From Lingula anatina (taxonomy: Eukaryota; Animalia; Brachiopoda): a DNA stretch of 64,000 nucleotides. Position 1 is the first letter of the stretch; every line of letters begins with the position of its first letter. Under the pieces are notes generated by a model. The model was not told where the DNA came from and did not search any database. It worked only from the letters and a program-made list of their open reading frames with translations. The stretch is taken from NCBI GenBank assembly GCA_051362555.1, contig CM120646.1, positions 14,880,001 through 14,944,000 on the forward strand. The letters are read 5' to 3'. Positions 1 through 12,520 of the stretch are shown here, in pieces. The translations under genes were made by a program, and so were the position numbers.

Positions 1-333
1 ATTTACAAACACAATGGTTGAAATCGTGCAGAGGACACAAAATAACAACATGAAACTGAATGCCACAAAAAACCAAGAGCTTGACCATAAATTTTACACA
101 TTGTATGCCAGACCTTCCGCCAAAAGTTATAAATGATACTCCAATCTGTGTGATAACTGATTTCAAACTTCAGGGCATCCATATTTTATTACCTACAATG
201 GGGTTCTCATGTGGATCATGTACATATAAAAGTATGTGCAAGACTATTTTCTCCGTCAACTGAAGCGACCTATAAATATAAGATCAGCCCTGCGGACTTA
301 ATCCTATTTTACCGAAGTATTGTGCCTGCGTAG

Positions 334-450
334 TACCCTCTACCACTTAGAACTCTAAGACTTAGAACCAAAATGACCATCTATCTATCTAGAGACATAT
401 CTGTGAATATCTGTAAAAAATCTATCAGACAGTCGCCCTGGTAGAGGGTA
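334..450. mobile_element. Short MITE-like element, TIR TACCCTCTACCA
   Basis: taccctctacca at 334 and its reverse complement tggtagagggta ending at 450; the same termini recur at 51246-51528. Confidence 0.6.
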
Positions 451-1377
451 CCTGCTCAGTATGGCACGCTGGACTAACTGGAGAGAAATGCAAACTGCTC
501 AAAGAGGGCACCTCAGGAACATTTTCCCATTACAAGATAGAAATATCCGTCCAAGCAGAGCACCTGTATGTCATATTACTTGCAGAACCAACCATTTAGG
601 GTCTGAGCAGTTACCGCGAACATCAAGATTGCCATATTTTAAGTCTATAGACAATATATGGGTAGCCAGTACTTGCCAAATCAACGGTCTACTGTTCCTA
701 CAACAAATCTGAACCAAATTGGACAAGCTCTGATCGATGCCTGGAATATTGTTCCAGTTAAACAAGGAATCTGTCAGAAGGAATACCTTGTCGCTTTAGA
801 GCCCTAGTAGCCCTATATGAGGCCAGACGCACCACTGACCACTGCTGTGACTAGACACTTATAAGAGCGTTTTTTGACATCACAATTACACTGAAAAGTT
901 TATTAAAAGTTATTTAATCAAGATTTAAATTTTTGTTGTCACTAATGAGTCGGAAAAGTAGGAAAAACAAAGAAAAATGATTTGGAAAAAATATTCCATA
1001 TTAAACGTCGTCTGTATGTGGATAAATTGCTTTGAATCGTCATAACATTTTGTAATATAACCAACTTACACATCTTTATCAACTGTTTTGAAGTAAAAAG
1101 TGCACCAAAAGACATAGTGTTATCATGAATGACAGTAATAATAACCGTGCTATGAAATTGTCTTATCGCTATGTTTCCCTCTGCCGACAAGTGCAGCGCA
1201 CGCCGTGAGTAGGGCCGGACTCATTCTCATGTGACTTTCATCCGAGTATGTATATAGTGTGTAAACGCAGTCTGTTGCCCGGCAGCAGGTATTTCTTAAC
1301 GTCGTGCCCCTTGTTTACGTGCCTGCCATTGGTCTAAATAGGCTACGGAGGTTCTTCAACAGAAATACCTGTGTGGT

Positions 1378-1414
1378 TATATAAGATACAGATTACGATA
1401 CGGAGGTCACATTC
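1378..1414 (+). promoter_or_regulatory. Putative TATA box plus initiator of the MOXD1-like gene
   Basis: TATATAAG at 1378, an Inr-like tcacattc about 30 nt downstream, and the ATG at 1528. Confidence 0.45.
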
Positions 1415-1527
1415 CTTCCGATTGTGAGTGACGGCGCGAGTGTTGTGAAATTCATTGGCAACTCGCGCTTGAAATCGACGCTTTTAAAACATCTGCAAGA
1501 TTTTTTTTTCTCTGAAGTAATTAAGAC

Positions 1528-4500
1528 ATGTTAACCTGTACGGTTACCGTGGCCGCTCTGCTGTTGGCAGCCGCAGTTTCTGCAGACAGCCATGACTTCA
1601 CCCACCATGCATCTCTCAAAGACGACGACTACTTCATTCATTGGAAGTTTGATGACACTTCTATCACGTTCAACGTGACGGCTCGCACTACGGGCTATGT
1701 GGCCCTGGGGTTCTCTCCCTCGGGAGGAATGAAAGGGGCAGACATCATCATTGGATGGGTGAAAGATGGAAAAGTCACGATAGAGGTAAGATAATTCTAC
1801 GTTTATTCAGAACAGAAAAGCGATAATTTTATTAAATTTCCAAATTGGGTATTTCGGAAGCTTCGTCTACCCAGTGAAGGCGTCTGAATAACATCATGAA
1901 GTAGTAATCGTTCCCCATTAGCTCTGTGGCAGCTGAAGGAAAAACAATGCCTGGAAGTGTTTATAAATTGTGCACAATTTTAACTGACATGAGATCTGCA
2001 GGGAGAACTCGGAATACACAGTCCGATCAGGACGAAACTCTCAAATTCATTTTAAAGCAGCGTTAAGACGGCTGGAGGTCGGGCGCAGACTCACAAATTA
2101 CTTCATACGAGAATCGCCTGTTCGGCAATACAATACTTGAAACCTAACGAAGGCAGTTACGAGGACACTGACGAGCGTTTTGAATGTATAGATTTCCCTA
2201 AGATTTCATTTTCAAACGCTGCTTTGGGACGTGGGGAGTAGGCGGGAACAGCCCCCTTTGCCCCTTCCTCATCCGGCAGCCCCTTATATCTAATCACGAT
2301 ATAAAGTATATTTAACACTGCTTCAAAAAATAAAAAGCCGTTTTAAACACGCACAGATTATATTGTCATATAAATAAATGTAGTATAATCCAGTAGGTTT
2401 ACTCTGCACGTTTACATATATTTATATACACTACCATGGTTTACTCTTGGACATAATAACGAATTTTCGTTATTATGTCCAAGGTTTACTTAAGGCTCCA
2501 CTCCTTTCGAATAGAAGCAAGAGCCCTGACGTGAGAATTACATAACAGCAGTCATTGCAAGCTCCATATAATTGTTCCCTACTGTACACCCACAGTATAT
2601 TACAGAATCTCGTTCAATTTAAACCTTGGACAATGGATCCCCCCCAAAGAAGTTTTTAATAAAGGGACTGGCTTAACAAGAGAAATTTTGATATTTTGGT
2701 CTTTAAGGGAAAGAGAGGAGGCGTTGAGGGAGAGAGACAGGTGATACCATTAATCGGAGAGAGAGAGAGAGAAAGCTGTCAATCGAAAACATATCAATTA
2801 CTTTCGTCTTGTAAAGAGGCGCAGTATTATATTCTGAGATGACTTGTTTTTACCGTCGGTTGTAACAGTATAATTTCCTTTCGTCATGGTGCAACATTCG
2901 ACAAGAGTATGGTACCACATAATAATTTTAGGCCTAGTAACCTAGTCCCGCAGGCACCTCCGCAATCCGTTTCTACTCTCTGACTTGTTACAAAATTATT
3001 TCTCATACTTTAATTTGTACTAACTTGGACATAAAAAGACATAAAATTATGTCCAAGATTTGTATAATATTTTAAAACGATTCATGATTTTATTTGTATA
3101 CTATTTTAGAAGCCCCTGATATCAGAAGGTAGTCCATTTTCCTTTTTTCGTGCAGGTGACACATTCGTCCCATTTTGTTATTATGTCCAAGGTCCCATAT
3201 ACTAACCCCGATACGTCTGGTTAACCCTATTTAAATGAGACCCAGGATGTGTATGACTGCCATTCCTGTCACACTGACCCCTGCTGGGTCCTAGTTCTTT
3301 CCAAAACCTGACCACTCGGGGAGGCTAATTAAGATATTGCAAGGGCGTTGTCTCACTAATAGTGCTGTTTTACAATATTCAAGACTTGCTTACATTTCTG
3401 TTAGCGTGAGTGTGATAGTGTTGCAATGACAATATTTACAGCAGTGTTAAGTAACTAAGTACAGTGTAGATAAGGGCACTGGTCAGTGTTTACCTTGTGG
3501 ACAGACCACTCGATAGACATGTGTTCAAACATGCGTGTGGGAAACACCTTTTAAAGATGCATATCGAATGAGTAGACCCGTGAAATTAAACCTGGCCAAA
3601 TGCCTCCATATTGTTTTTTTTTTAAGATTTAACAAGACTAATTCAAAGAAAACTACGCAAATTGCATCAGGCATTATAGCCAAGAAGAATGCAAAATACA
3701 TTTGAATAGTAGGACTCTCTTCATTTTTCACTTATTAAGAAACTGGTCGTAGGAATGTTTATGAGTTCGGCCTATTAATTTGATTTAGGTAGTAGGCCTA
3801 GATAGATAGTCATGTTAACCTGCAGTCAAGTCTTCTTTTTACACCGAAGACCCTGGGATATTCGTATTTTTATTCTGTATGAAGATTCAGTAGAGACTTC
3901 TTCCTCCCAAATATGGAGAAACGTCAACTGACCATCAGCACGAAAAATTTCGCTATTTTAATTTTAACAATTCATCTGGCTAGGCAAGAGCACATTAGAC
4001 ATTGTACCCGGTATTTTATGTGTGTTTTATTGCAATAAAGAACAAGATTTGATGTCTATTTTATAAAGCCTCGAAATTTTAACGGGTTTATACTGTTCAA
4101 AAAGGTTTGATAACAACCATGCCACAGCGTCAGTTGTATATTTAAATATATGGGGCTGCGCCTTATTTTCAGGATCGCCATGCAACGGGCAAACAACAAC
4201 CGGTACTAGATACGAAACAGGATGTCGAGGTGCTGGGCGGCAGTGAGGACGGCACTTTTACGACACTGCTGTTCAAGAGGAAACGTCAGACATGCGACGA
4301 CCAGGACTTCGAAATAACAGTAAGTGGATGCCATTGAATACTCTACTTTTTTGGTTGTGTCCATTATGGTACCGCGCAGATTATGATAAAATAGATAAAG
4401 CCAGTACCCATTAGTAGGTAGGGTCTTATTGTCTTCAGTAGGCACCATACAAGATAATGTGAACCGAGGCTATCTGCGTTGCGTGCCGTCATAGCCCGCA

Positions 4501-6255
4501 TTTTTTTGATTGTTTTTCTCTTTAACAGAAAAGACTTATTAGTACCCATGATTACTTCAGTCTGTACGTTGTACTGAGCTATCACTTCCAACTTTCGTAC
4601 CGCACTGTAGGACTACGTGTACATGTATCTTCTGGAATGGAATTTCTCAAAAGCACAAATAGAAACTTTTTCTTTTTGACGGAGATTCTCAAATTTTTAA
4701 TTTTTCAAATAAAACATTATATAAGCAGTTTTTGAAAAGGCTGTTCGAAAGAAGTCTTCAAAAGGAAGTTAAAAGATATTGATCATAAAAAAAATTAAAA
4801 GGATGAAGTTTTAAGAGAGACGTTAAAACTTTCAATATAAAAACACATTTTGACACCAGGTTAAACCTTGAACCACCATGGGTCCGATGTTAAATGGATC
4901 CGTTTAAAACATATACTTACTGAATAACACTGTTTCTATGTATGGCCTTCAGGAAAGCACCATGCGTCTGATCTGGGCGTACCGAGATGGAGACCCCGAC
5001 ACTGCCAGCGGGCCGCAGTACCATAGCAGCAATAGAGGAGTGAAGAGCGTTTACCTCCTCGAGCCCTTCAGACAAGAACAGGAGCAACCGCTTCCGGCTG
5101 ACGCCTACAGTATCGACTTGCTAAACGACAAGGTAAGATGAAACTCTTATAACTGTATGTATTGAAGTGTTATCATCTTGGCAGATACTGCGGACCATTT
5201 ACTTCCAGTAGCAAATCCGTTGACACCTTATTTCTCTTTCCACCAACAGCCTCACTCTCAAATGATGGTGGAAAATGTTGCTCAAATGGGGGGCGGGGGG
5301 GGGGGGGGGTAAATTCTAGCTAGCTAGCTAGCTAGCTAGCTAGCTAAATGCACATTTTTTCTTCAAAGTCACTTCCAACTTTCGTAATTCTTTTAATACA
5401 AATTGCAAGTAACATAATCAACTATTCATAACTCTGAAACGCTGTTCCAAAAATGCCAATAAACAAAGCAGCAAGTCATAGTGCGTTTCAAACAGTGCAG
5501 CTTCTCCTGGATAAAGAATGTGACTATAGTCATTAATTAGGGCAGTATTTTTGACCTCGTGTGCCAGATGTTGATTTAGCATCTAAGCATTTCTTTTCGG
5601 CTCGAATTTTTGCATTTGTGTAACCGCGCCTTACTGTCTTGCCACGGTACTCAGTCTTTACATATCTTGTCGGTAATGGGTAATTTGCGCAAAGTGGTAT
5701 ATCTCTATCCCTTTTCTTTTATCACATACACGTCTCATGAAGTCGCAGGCAATACCTTATGTGGAGACGAAGTCTCATTTTATCCTGAGAAGTTAATTTG
5801 TAAGTAAAATCAGGGCATTCAATTTATCCCATGAAGTGGTAATATACCATGAAGTATCATAACGTACGTTGCATCATTCTTTCTGTCACAGGTACACATC
5901 CCAAACGACACGGACACCACGTACTGGTGCACTGGGTTCCTGCTCCCAAAATTCAACGGTACACACCATATGATCAGGGTAAGTGGGCAACATCACTGCT
6001 GAGAAACCGCATATTTTTATATTTACACATCCAGTGGCGATAAGCACAATTATTTTGATGAGTTTCAATCGATCAGGTAGTCAATTGATTTATCTATCTA
6101 TATATCTATCTATTTACCCATGTACCTATCACAACAACCGGAATCTTAGTACTTTATGAAAGTCTCTCTCCATATTACATTAATTAATTAATTAATTAAT
6201 TATTTATTTATTTATTTACTTATTTATTTATTTATTTGTTTGTTTGTTTGTTTGT

Positions 6256-6286
<31 letters not shown>

Positions 6287-9200
6287 TCAATCCTCTGTCA
6301 AACAATGAAAATCCAAAGAACGATCTCTTTAGGCCACACTTTTTTATTTTTATGGATGACATCCTCTTGGGACCCCGAAATCGGTGCGAGAGGGCGAAAA
6401 AAAAACAGTCCAAAAAAAAATGCTGCTTAAGTAAAGGAATGCTGTCAGTGCACAGCTGGAAACACAAATTTACCACAGAAACACATATTAAACTAACAAT
6501 GTGTCTTTTTCCATGCTCTCAAAATATTAAAGCATTGCGAATACTTCGAAAGGTAAAAAAAAGTCATGAATAGAGAGGCCCGTAGCCGGGGGGGGGGGGG
6601 GGGGGGGGTCGAAAGAACCACCCCTTTTGCTGGGAAAAGGTCCACTCTGGGTAAAATTTGATCTAAGTACATGAAGTTTTCATGGAAAAAGGTCCACTTT
6701 TTCAGAAAAAGCACCCCCACTTTGAAATTGCTGGCTATGGGCCTGATAAATATGCTGCACATTACCAAATCTATTTAGGTTATTTCATGCATTTTGTTGA
6801 TATAACAATCAATAAAACAAATATTTAACAAACAGTGTGTCTTTATTTGTACTCTCAGAATATTAAAGCATTATGAACACTTCACAGAAATCTTAAAAAA
6901 TGATGCTAAGATATGCTTAATACCACCAAATCTACAAAAGGTAATTTCGGTCGATGCCATTTGGTCTACTACGACTCACACGTAGCAGCCAAACTGTCGG
7001 GTGGCCTGACCGACCTTCTGCCCACCAAATACCTTGACGCCCTATCGACCCTTTTTTCGCTACAAAAAACCTGGTATGTGCTGCTTTGGACAGAATGTCA
7101 CTGAAATTTTCCGGGCGATAATCGCTGGCCGCCGCCAGCCTTTCGCATAATTGTAAAAAAGTGGATATCTCCATGCCCAATATCAATGGCATAACAATCC
7201 AAAACGACGGCCCCATTCTCTCTATGACTTCACATAATTAATTGTCGTGTAATTTGAAAGTAATCCTAGAGATGAATTTGAAGGCACTCGGAACTACTCG
7301 GATGTCTCCGCACTCGACAATAGTATGGAGCTTGCGGAATGAGCCGAGGATTGCCGATTCATTTGACGGCAAAGCGGCCATATTTCCACGTGGCGATAAT
7401 ACGCATGCGCAGAAAGCTTATTTTCCGGCAAATTCAATAACGAAGTTTGCGACAACCGACTTCGTTGGAGGGAGGGGGGGATTTTTTTTTTTTTTTTTCG
7501 GAGAACGGATGAAAATCGGTGCGCGCGCAGGATGTCATCCATAAAAATAAAAAAGTGTGGCCTTATTTAAGATTATTGCAACGCGACTGGTGATTTGATA
7601 AGGATCAGCCGTGGCATTGGAATCTTACAAAGGCATGGGAATCATGTTACTTTCCTTTTGTGCTCTAGGTGGATCCAATTGTTCAAGCTGTTCGATCTCT
7701 TTATTTAAGATTATTGCAATGCGACTGGCGATTTGATAAGGATCAGCCGAGGCATTGGAATCTTACAAAGGCGTGGGAATCATGTTACTTTCCTTTTGTG
7801 CTCTAGGTGGATCCAATTGTTCAAGCTGGGCATGAAGCCGTTGTTCATCACATTATTATCTATGGCTGTCCTGCAGGCTTCAACCGCTCTGACCTTCACA
7901 TGACAGGAGGGGTATGCAGAAGTGAAAATATGCCCGAAGACTTCAATAACTGCGAACATCTTCTATACGCCTGGGCTATTGGGGGAGAGGTACGTGTGAT
8001 GTTTATTATGGCACACACATACGCACGTACCTTCACGTGCGCGCGCACACTGGTTTTTAAAACACAAACCTGAAAACTTTCAAAATGTGATAATTTCATC
8101 CATACTGTGTTTTATTTGCGGAGACTTATTTTTGTTTCGCGACCAATTAGATAAATTTAACTCATTTGTGATTTTTAATATGAAAAACGATTTAATCAAC
8201 GTTATTTTCAGGATTTTCAATTTATGGCATAGCATCAAACTCTAGACATTAACTTCAGTTTGCATTTTTACAATTAATTTTATGTCAGAAAAAATTGTAA
8301 ACTGCAAGTACAAATCTGTTTTACTCATTCTGGAATTATAATCAACACACGGAATTTCTGTACATTTCAGTCACAATCATTCCCTGATTACGTGGGCCTC
8401 CCGTTTGGAGGTCAGGATGACCCAAGGTTTGTTATGGTAGAGACCCACTACGATAACCCAGGACTTAGAAGCGGTAGGTAGCATGTAGCCCTGCACATGT
8501 ATTTCTAAAGCAGGAGTTGTTTCGAAGTTTGTGGAAAATAATTGTCCCAATTAGTTTTCTGCCAACATTGAGAAATATCCCTTTACGAATATAATAAATT
8601 TAATCATCCCACGAACCGACTTCCGATTAAAAGCGAAGTGAGTGCATCAGAAACTGTTCTTGGTTTCGGAGTATGAAAACAAATTTGTGCTTGAAAACAG
8701 ATCTGCTGGTCCGGCCTCCAACCCCCTTCCCCTCTTTCCCTATCCTCTCTGCGTCCACCAACATTCATTGTCATTCCCAACCACTATTTCAGATTACGTC
8801 GATTCGTCCGGAATGCGCATGTGGTTGATTCCACGTCGCCGTCAGTACGACGCAGGTGTTCTGATGAGCGGAATGCAGACTAACCCTCTCTGGTTCCTTG
8901 TTCCACCACATTACGACGACTATTACACGTGGGGACAATGCTCTGCTCAAACCATGGCCAAGGTAACCAGTATACCATTTTGGTCAATCAGGAATTTAAA
9001 GGCACACGTGCACAATGAGTGGTCGAACTACTCCCCAAAGGAAAATTAATAATAATAATAATTATAATAATAATAATAATAATCAACAACAACAACAACA
9101 ACAATGCAGAAGAAAAAATTGAATAGTATAGGATTTGGTTTCCTTCGACAACCCATTTCATCACTTCCCCTTAACCAATAAAGTGTACCATAGCCAACGC

Positions 9201-11299
9201 CGTTAAAAATTACGACCATTTTTAGTTCTTATTCAGTTATTTCAAAATAGAGATAGAAACTGATGACTTCCCCCGATAGGCATAGGCTACATTAGATATA
9301 ACAGAAAATTATGTTAAACTCAAAAACGATCGTAGATTTCTAACGGTTTTTCATAGGCTATACCACGGTGATAAAGGAAAGATTGTAGAGATTTTCATTT
9401 ATTTTGCTATTTTACTAGTAGAGGTCTGACGCTATATTTAGGGCCTATAGGCATAAAAAAAGACGCCAAGTTTTACTTATAACTTGGGTAGGTGTTAGGC
9501 CTACATGTCGACATTTCAGTAGCTTAAATTAATATGCCTGTTGATGTTGATTATATATATATATATTATTTGGTAGTGGTAATTAATTTGGTGTTGAAGA
9601 TAATTTGCTTATGTCATCTTTATTTCTGTGACGTAGGCATTGGCGCAGCAGCCTGACGGTATCAACGTGTTTGCGGTGAACCTGCACACCCATCTTGCCG
9701 GAACTGGAGTATGGTTACGTCACATCCGGAATGGTGTTGAACTCCCATACATCGCCTACGACGACAACTATGACTTCAATTTTCAAGAACTGCGTTTTTT
9801 GAAAAATGAAGTGAAAATTCTCCCGGTAAACTGAATTCCTTCAAAATTAAATACATGATAAAATAATAAAAAGGCAGTTTCTTTTCGGATTAATTTTTAC
9901 ATTTCAAAATAGATGCTATTGCAATGCTCTTTTCTTTTTAGTGTCTGTATATTTATCAGCTTTGTAGTCTAGTTTTAGTAAGTGCTGGCGGCAGGATGCG
10001 CAACTACTATAGCAACACGCAAACTACTAGCGTTGCCGTTCGTTTTCCGTCATATATATGTAGGCCTATAATTCAACAACATCTACACGGTTAATCTTCT
10101 CCAATCTGATCATTATTCACGTTGAGATTCAGAGTCATTGTTAGAGTGCTCAATATCCTTCGCTGTAACCTTGGCTGATTACACCGGTATTGGCCTAGAA
10201 GAGATATTTTACCGTTGTCTCAGAAATTCGGGGTTCAAACATACACAATCAGCAAAGGTTGATCAAATAATAAGCCTAATGTGAACACCATATCAATCTA
10301 TGGAGAGATCGTGAGGTTATAAGTAATTATATTATATTATATTATATTATATTATATTATATTATATTATATTATATTATTTCAGAGCGACGACTTGGTA
10401 AGTTATTGTCGGTACAAAACGTCCTCGAGAAGCACAGTAACAAAAGTGAGTAGAAGTTCACTATCTTTCTCTCTTGCTGTGTGTGTGTGTGTGTGTGGGG
10501 GGGGGCGTGCATGTGGAGGGGGGTAATACTTATATTTTACAGTTAGAACTCAAAATTGTATGATTAATGGCGACAAACAAAAGCTAAGTAACACCTTGCG
10601 GTGCACATACTACATAACTTCTCTACATGCAATTCTTAAAAATTTAGTTTCTGAAAAATCGAAACTCCATGAGACAAAGTTTCAATTTTTGGCACCATGA
10701 TCATTGATTAGTTATCCTCATTCACCCACAACATAGCCGGTTTAACTGATCATGAAATATCTCATTAAATGAATTAAATTAAAATCACATACCTGGGCAG
10801 ATGAGTCCCCGTTAATTGTGATGCCATTTTAAATTGAAACGCCAACACAGGGCACCAATTAAAGGTACCTATTCTGTGTTTTTTAACAGGCCGGCCTTGG
10901 CACCAAAGACGAAATGTGCTTAACATTTGCCTTCTATTATCCGAGAGTACCCGGCTGGAGCTTCTGTCTTGGCTACCCCAAGCAGGAAGACCTGGTGAAG
11001 ATAAGCACGGGTTTAAGTTACACGTAAGTATAGAGATGGGCACAACCGTACCGCTGCCAAGATACAAAAGAAGCTTTACTCCTAACCGTGGACAAAATTA
11101 CCATTACAAGGCATCCAGTGTGTATTTGGTTATTTTGTCCGTGTCCTAACGTAAACTTCGAAGCTAGGTCATATAGATACATTTCAAGTGAATATAAGTT
11201 CGTGAACAAAAGAATATATAGTATCTTATGGAAGTTTATCTACTGATTTCAACATATTAGTGTTCAAAACTACGTTTAAGTTGAGTTATAACTAGTAGG

Positions 11300-11360
<61 letters not shown>

Positions 11361-11882
11361 ACTACTTGTATAATATTACTTTTAATTTTGATATCATAGA
11401 TCTAACTACTTTTCATCAATATATAGATTTACGTGTCCTAACTGTAGATTAGCGGTAAGCTTGCATATCTGAATGAAAGCATTATATCCACGCTCGGCTG
11501 TCACCTTGATATCGGTCAATATATAATCTTTCCTTATTTTCTAGAACACTATATGACGGCTTCGTCCTCAATATCACAGCGCCTGCCAAACACGCGGGCA
11601 TTGGTCGGCTACATAGCGTTTTCGGCGACGTGGACTGGACCAATGCCACAGTAAGACAGAAATATCAGGACATCGCAAGGAACGCTATCCACGCAGAATA
11701 CTATGGGCGCGATGAAGTGAGTCATTTTAGTGGATATTATTTCAGACTTACAAAATTAGTAAACAGACTTAATAAAAATTAGTAAAAGTAATTGCATTTT
11801 CAAACATGCTAAGATAGAAAAGTATGCTCAGATCTTACCGAGATGACAACTGTGGAGCGTGCATGTATAGTGGTGGTGGAAG

Positions 11883-11925
<43 letters not shown>

Positions 11926-12289
11926 AACAGACACATTTTCCTTTTACCACCCGTCCCGTCAGCAGAATCATACATGTAGATCTACCGATGCACTACAGGT
12001 CTGAGTTATCATAAAGTCAATATTCTTTTTTCCCTCCCATGTAAAATCCATCCACTTTTCTGCGTTCTGTTATGTCCATAGACATGTAGGGCTTACCTTC
12101 GAAGTATTAAATTTCCAGTATACCGTCGGGGCCTACGTCGACGTTAAGACGCCATACACCTTGCCAAACACGTGCCAATCACCCCGAACAACAGTGGTCA
12201 CGTACAGCGGCCAGGGACGCGCCAAACTGGCAGTCACCCTTCAGGCTCTGGTGGTGTTCATTCTCTCAGTGGCAGCAGGACTGGTGTAA
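1528..12289 (+). CDS. MOXD1: DBH-like monooxygenase (MOXD1 family copper type II ascorbate-dependent monooxygenase), 12 exons, ~617 aa
   Basis: Exons 1528-1785, 4173-4319, 4953-5132, 5892-5978, 7807-7989, 8371-8473, 8793-8962, 9637-9825, 10386-10445, 10890-11023, 11545-11716, 12119-12289; all GT-AG and phase-consistent (1854 nt). Contains a signal peptide, a DOMON domain (GYVALGFSPSGGMKGADIIIGWV), TTYWC, Cu ligand motifs VHHII, THYDNP, LHTHLAG and DEMC, plus YDFNFQ and a hydrophobic C-terminus. Orthologue versus paralogue is unresolved. Confidence 0.93.
2446..2483. mobile_element. 38-bp palindromic mini-element flanked by a 7-bp direct repeat (gtttact)
   Basis: cttggacataataacgaa-tt-ttcgttattatgtccaag, with gtttact at 2439-2445 and 2484-2490. 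Related copies at 3024-3057 and 3174-3191. Confidence 0.7.
6332..7562. mobile_element. Non-autonomous DNA transposon with ~34-bp TIRs and TTA target duplication (Zator or PIF/Harbinger-like)
   Basis: Left TIR ggccacacttttttatttttatggatgacatcct; right aggatgtcatccataaaaataaaaaagtgtggcc. TTA at 6329-6331 and 7563-7565. The empty site cgatctct-tta-tttaag is preserved at 7693. Confidence 0.85.
6572..6745. mobile_element. hAT-like MITE nested in the 6332-7562 element
   Basis: Ends aggcccgtagcc ... ggctatgggcctg, with degenerate 8-bp flanks atgaatag/ataaatat. Similar termini occur near 46228 and 41590. Confidence 0.55.
7563..7828 (+). repeat. 138-bp-period tandem duplication including a splice acceptor and the first 22 nt of MOXD1 exon 5
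   Basis: 7563-7690 is nearly identical to 7701-7828; both contain ttccttttgtgctctag|gtggatccaattgttcaagctg. Confidence 0.92.
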
Positions 12290-12340
12290 CGGATTCTGAG
12301 CCAGAAACTACCCAAGATTGTAACCGTGGCTATTAACTTA

Positions 12341-12520
12341 CCCAGCAGACACAAACCATTGTAGGCCTATCAGCATTTATGATTCTTGTTTGATTTTTTT
12401 ATTTTTGCTAAGTGTAGACTAGATTATTCAATGTTTCAGTTGTGTTTGAATTTGAAAATATGTTTCAACGTTGGGAATTGATTGTTGAATCTACAATGAT
12501 GTTAATGTTGAATCAATCGT
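12341..12520. mobile_element. Fragment of a CCCAG-terminus (CMC/EnSpm-like) element in the MOXD1 3' region
   Basis: cccagcagacac terminus followed by ttcaacgtt/gttgaatc subterminal-type motifs; no matching right end found. Confidence 0.3.

Noticed and set aside
5287-5345. G-runs and simple repeats here and elsewhere (e.g. 6587, 26129, 11303, 43392)
   Set aside because: Ordinary homopolymers and microsatellites for this kind of genome; no evidence of function.
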